Below, one piece after another: positions 50,830 through 64,000 of a stretch of DNA of 64,000 nt. The stretch spans positions 496,001 to 560,000 of the forward strand of contig OZ024753.1 of the NCBI GenBank assembly GCA_964016885.1. The letters are read 5' to 3'. Both the position numbers and the translations under genes were made by a program. Every line of letters starts with the position of its first letter. Positions within the stretch are counted from its first letter, which is position 1. The stretch comes from Eledone cirrhosa (taxonomy: Eukaryota). The notes under the pieces were generated by a model. The model was not told where the DNA came from. It worked only from the letters and a program-made list of their open reading frames with translations, and made no database searches.

Positions 50830-51513
50830 TCTAAAGTCTGCTTTAAGCCAGAAGGCTCATTTGGCCGGTGGTTACTCCGGTTTCATGGCGTGAAGCTACT
50901 GAGAGTACAAGACTTCCCCTGGACAGGACGCCAGTCCATCGCAGGGTTAAACCATCTCTTGCTGGTACTCATGTTCAGCTGAGTATACTGGAGCAATGTG
51001 AAATGAATCGAACCCACGACATTGTAACAGGTAATAGATAATTTCTATTGATTATGTGAGGTGCATGGATGGTCCATGTTTGAATGGTGAATTTCAAAGG
51101 TAATCAATGTTATACAAAGAAAGAGCAAAATACTGTGTAATATTGGAAATCTGGGAGACGAATGTCTGATATTTGGATCGGGGAAAGGTACGCCATTGTA
51201 GGTTAGGATTTCTGAAGTTGAACAGAAAATATTTGAGTAATAACGATTTTTTTACTCGTTTGTTGTTTTTTTTTTTTACATTGGAGACAACGATATAGAT
51301 TTGTAGGTGAAGACAGTATTATCGAATATATTGATTTTCATACATTACAAAGGCGGCAATATGGCGGGATCGTTAATGCGCCAGATTTTAAATGTTTCAG
51401 TATTTACTCCGGCTCATTGCACACTGAGTTCAAAGCCTACCGAGGGCAATTTTACCTTTCATCCGCTCGAGGTCGATAAATAAAGTACCGCCACTGGAGT
51501 TATATTGTATAAA

Positions 51514-51557
<44 letters not shown>

Positions 51558-51562
<5 letters not shown>

Positions 51563-51750
51563 GTTTCTACTTTTGGCACAAGGCCAGCAATTGCCCAGTG
51601 TATTACTGGTACTTTATTTTATCGACCCCGTAAGGATGAAAGGCAAAGTTAACCTCGGCGGGATTTGAACTCAGAATGGCAAAGGCCGTAACTCTATGCG
51701 TCAAAGCATGGCGTCCGACCCTCTACCGATACTGCCAATTCACCGCCATT
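51558..51750 (-). mobile_element. tRNA-derived SINE family A (MetaSINE-like central domain), representative copy
   Basis: A box tggcagtatcggtagag, B box gagttcaaatccc, central gcctttcatccttacggggtcgataaaataaagtacc, tail ggccttgtgccaaaagtagaaacaatta. Copies at about 5345, 13210(-), 14852, 18275(-), 26211(-), 34447, 36133, 36490, 36760, 39083, 40005(-), 40102, 40390, 47975 and 51350. Confidence 0.85.
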
Positions 51751-51994
51751 ATATATATTATATATATATATATATATATAATTATAACAAGTCAGACAAT
51801 TAGATATCGCCTAGGGTCGCCGAAGTATATATATGTATATGTATGTATATATATATGTATATATATATGTATATATATATATGTATATATATATGTATAT
51901 ATATATGTATATATATGTATATATATATATATATATATAGTTGTACTGCCTCTCTGTTTTGTCCCTGTTCAAATTTTTCCGTTATATATATATA

Positions 51995-52333
51995 TCATTT
52001 TTCATTTCATTTTACGTCCACTTTTCCCTGCTTGCAAGGGTGGGACAGGAACTGATTCTGGCTTGATTTCTACAGCTGGATGCCCTTCCTAACACCAACC
52101 TCATTTACAGTGAGTGCTGGGTGCTTTTTTGCCGTGGCACCTCCACGACCACTTTGCAGTGGAATGATAGGGACCCCAGTCTCTATCATCTCATTTCTAC
52201 AGCTGAGTAAACTGGAGCAATGTGAAATAAAGTGTCTTGCTCAAGGAAACAACACATCACCCGGTCTGAGAATTGAACTCACAACCTTTCGATTGCAAGG
52301 CCAATGCTCTAACCACTAAGCCATGTGCCTCCA
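51995..52333 (-). mobile_element. tRNA/CORE-headed SINE family C with (GAT)n-type tail, full-length copy
   Basis: Nearly identical to 41820-42130. The body (gttggtgttaggaagggcatccagc.gtagaaa...ggacgttaaacgatgatgat) recurs at about 4450-4710, 9185-9462, 15335-15628, 19440-19830, 22836-23040 and 53980-54250. Confidence 0.8.
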
Positions 52334-52454
52334 TATATATATATGTATGATGAAATACCAATGATGGTTGGAAAATCACTGACGAAGGACTATTTTTATC
52401 ATATGTAACCCATGTGCAACCACCTCAGTATTCTTCTTTCTTCTCATGTTTTTT

Positions 52455-53096
<642 letters not shown>

Positions 53097-53129
53097 GGTG
53101 GGTGCCAACTCGTTTTCGAGTACGGCCAC

Positions 53130-53680
53130 TACTTTATATCCATGTAGGAGAACTACCAATGCGCTGAACGAGTGTGACTTTTTAGTCCAGCCAGCGACTT
53201 GAAAACTCTGGTACAAACACTACACTTGTGACAATTATTGACACAGTGCTGGGCCCATGGTACCATGTGACAACAAGTGCAGAGAGATCTCCAGATATAA
53301 AGCAATGCCTGTGCCGTGAAGCTTTTATAGTAAGGCACTGCACGAAGCCAGTCCCACTCTCTTAACCGAGATGATATTTACCAAAAAGAAGAACAAGTCA
53401 ACATCGTTGGATACCATCAGGGTTGCAGGTGTTATATCAGAGTTTTCCTTCTCCTAGAATTCTGCCTTGACAAAGGCTAAGGGGTCATCTCTCCCGGTGA
53501 TTTTGGATGGCCATTGACTCTTAAGAACTCCTTTGCCCTTTGACAGGTTTTGTTTTTAGTCCTGCAGGATGTCCAAAGTCACCCTCCTCACCAAGAAACC
53601 TTGGTGGGGTTGCCAGTTTAGTCGTCAACGACCCGACCATGAGACAGGTTGTACTGGGATACATGTTACCAGTAGCACCA
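53130..53680 (-). mobile_element. RTE-type LINE 3' region with C-terminal C2H2 finger, plus adjacent GC-richer repeat sequence
   Basis: ORF 53153..53338 ends in [24 protein letters not shown], typical of RTE/BovB ORF C-termini. Embedded in TA repeats; boundaries approximate. Confidence 0.5.
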
Positions 53681-53712
53681 ACTGGTGACCTGACATATAT
53701 ATATATATATAT

Positions 53713-53790
<78 letters not shown>

Positions 53791-54268
53791 TCATATATAT
53801 ATATATATATATATATACATACATACATACATACATATATATATATAATAGCCGACCTTACCCAACTACACCTCTCAAAGTCAATGACACACGACCGTGA
53901 CTTCTGGCGTCACGCAGTAATACAGGGTACCCGACCTCCCATGGGTACATGCTGAAGCATATAAACAATATGCCCCCCCCCCCCACCGCAAGGTGGTCGT
54001 GGAGGTGCCACGGCAAAAAAGCACCCAGCCCACACTGTAAAGTGGACGTGTAGGCGCCACGAAAAAGCACCCAGCACTCACTGTAAATGAGGTTGGTGTT
54101 AGGAAGGGCATCCAGCTGTAGAAATCAAGCCAGATCAGTTCCTGTATGAGCAAGGCATGGTCAGCCGACCAGACACTGCCCACAACAGGACAACCCGTCT
54201 AACCCATGCTAGCGTGGAAGAACGGACGTAAAACGGTGATGATGATGATGACATACATACATACATAC

Positions 54269-54929
<661 letters not shown>

Positions 54930-55125
54930 CTATGATCTTCGGGAAATCACTGATGAGGGACTTATTTTATTACATGTTATCCATGTGCTACCTGCAGTAT
55001 TTTTCTCTATATTTTAATACATATATTTACCACTGCGATTCTGTGTTTTTTTCTCTTCTCTTACTGTTCCCCCATTCTCTCTGTTTCTCCCCCTCTGTCA
55101 TGTCCGTTAACTCTTCCTCACACTT

Positions 55126-60849
<5,724 letters not shown>

Positions 60850-60850
<1 letters not shown>

Positions 60851-61540
60851 TTCTCTTTTACTCTTTTACCTGTTTCAGCCATCCGGCTGAGGCCATGCTG
60901 GGGCACCGCCCTTGTTGCTACACATTTTATCTCCAGCCTGTATAGGTTGGCCACTGGTGTAGGAGGGAGTTTGTTGCTGCTGCCCTTAGGTTTCCCTCGT
61001 GTCTTGCTGTGGGCTCATCCGGGATCCTGGATAACAAGGTGTCGAGATGTTTCTTAAAGACATCCACCTCCACGTCATGCAAGTCTCGCAGATGCCTCGG
61101 CAGCCTGTTGAAGAGTTGAGGGCCCTTGAATCCCAGGCTATTGCAATACCTGCTCCTTATTCTAGATGTGGAAGACGGGACCTTTGGCACCACACAGTGA
61201 CGTCCTGTTCGACGGTTGGTCCAGCTCCCAATGCCAAAGTTTGGTGCTAGTCCCTCCAGGATTTTCCACATGTAGATCACTGCGTATCTCTCCCGTCTTC
61301 GCTCCAAGGAGTAGAGGTTCAGTTCCTTCAGCCTCTCCCAGTAGCTTGTCTCCGCTCATCTTGGCAATCCTCTTGGTGTAGCTTCGCTGGATTGCCTCAA
61401 GCTCTGTGGTTAGTTTGACACTATGGGGTGACCACAGCTGGGAGCAGTAGTCCAGGCGGCTTAGGACAAAAGTCCTCCACAGTGTCAACATGGTGTCTCG
61501 ATCTCTTGTAAGGAAAGTCCCTCAAGATCCAGCCAGCGAA
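60850..61540 (-). mobile_element. CR1/L2-like LINE 3' fragment (ORF2 C-terminus, frameshifted) between two TA arrays
   Basis: ORFs 61162..61491 ([12 protein letters not shown]...LEAIQRSYTK) and 60927..61307 (ERRRERY..IYMWKILEG...GPQLFNRLP...IPDEPT). The 3' end reads ...ggctgaaacaggtaaaagagtaaaagag. Confidence 0.88.
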
Positions 61541-61556
61541 TCGTCTACATGCTGTC

Positions 61557-64000
<2,444 letters not shown>

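Overview
AT-rich, repeat-dense eukaryotic (animal) genomic DNA. The tRNA-derived SINE families, (TA)n arrays and LINE types suggest an octopod cephalopod, which is an inference. Two host genes are supported, both on the minus strand. The first is the 5' part of a BTBD8-like tandem BTB/BACK gene, with nine coding exons (17252 down to 1339) whose GT-AG sites and phases chain into one open frame that continues off the left edge. The second is an intronless 71-codon gene encoding a stand-alone XRN2-binding domain (XTBD; PAXT-1/CDKN2AIPNL-like) at 47025-47240, downstream of an ETS/YY1-type promoter. The rest is mobile DNA: CR1/L2-like, RTE and Tx1-like LINE fragments, a Penelope RT fragment, three tRNA-SINE families, a TTAA-targeting piggyBac-like MITE family, a hAT MITE and multi-kb TA microsatellite arrays. 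The most notable hidden structure is a set of type I hammerhead ribozyme motifs from several Penelope-like families, repeatedly arranged as inverted repeats, including two copies with a compensatory stem I change. Also notable are a diverged fold-back element with head-to-head telomere-like repeats at its centre and an inverted duplication inside the 5.7-kb TA array. Most ORF-track entries are microsatellite or chance ORFs.
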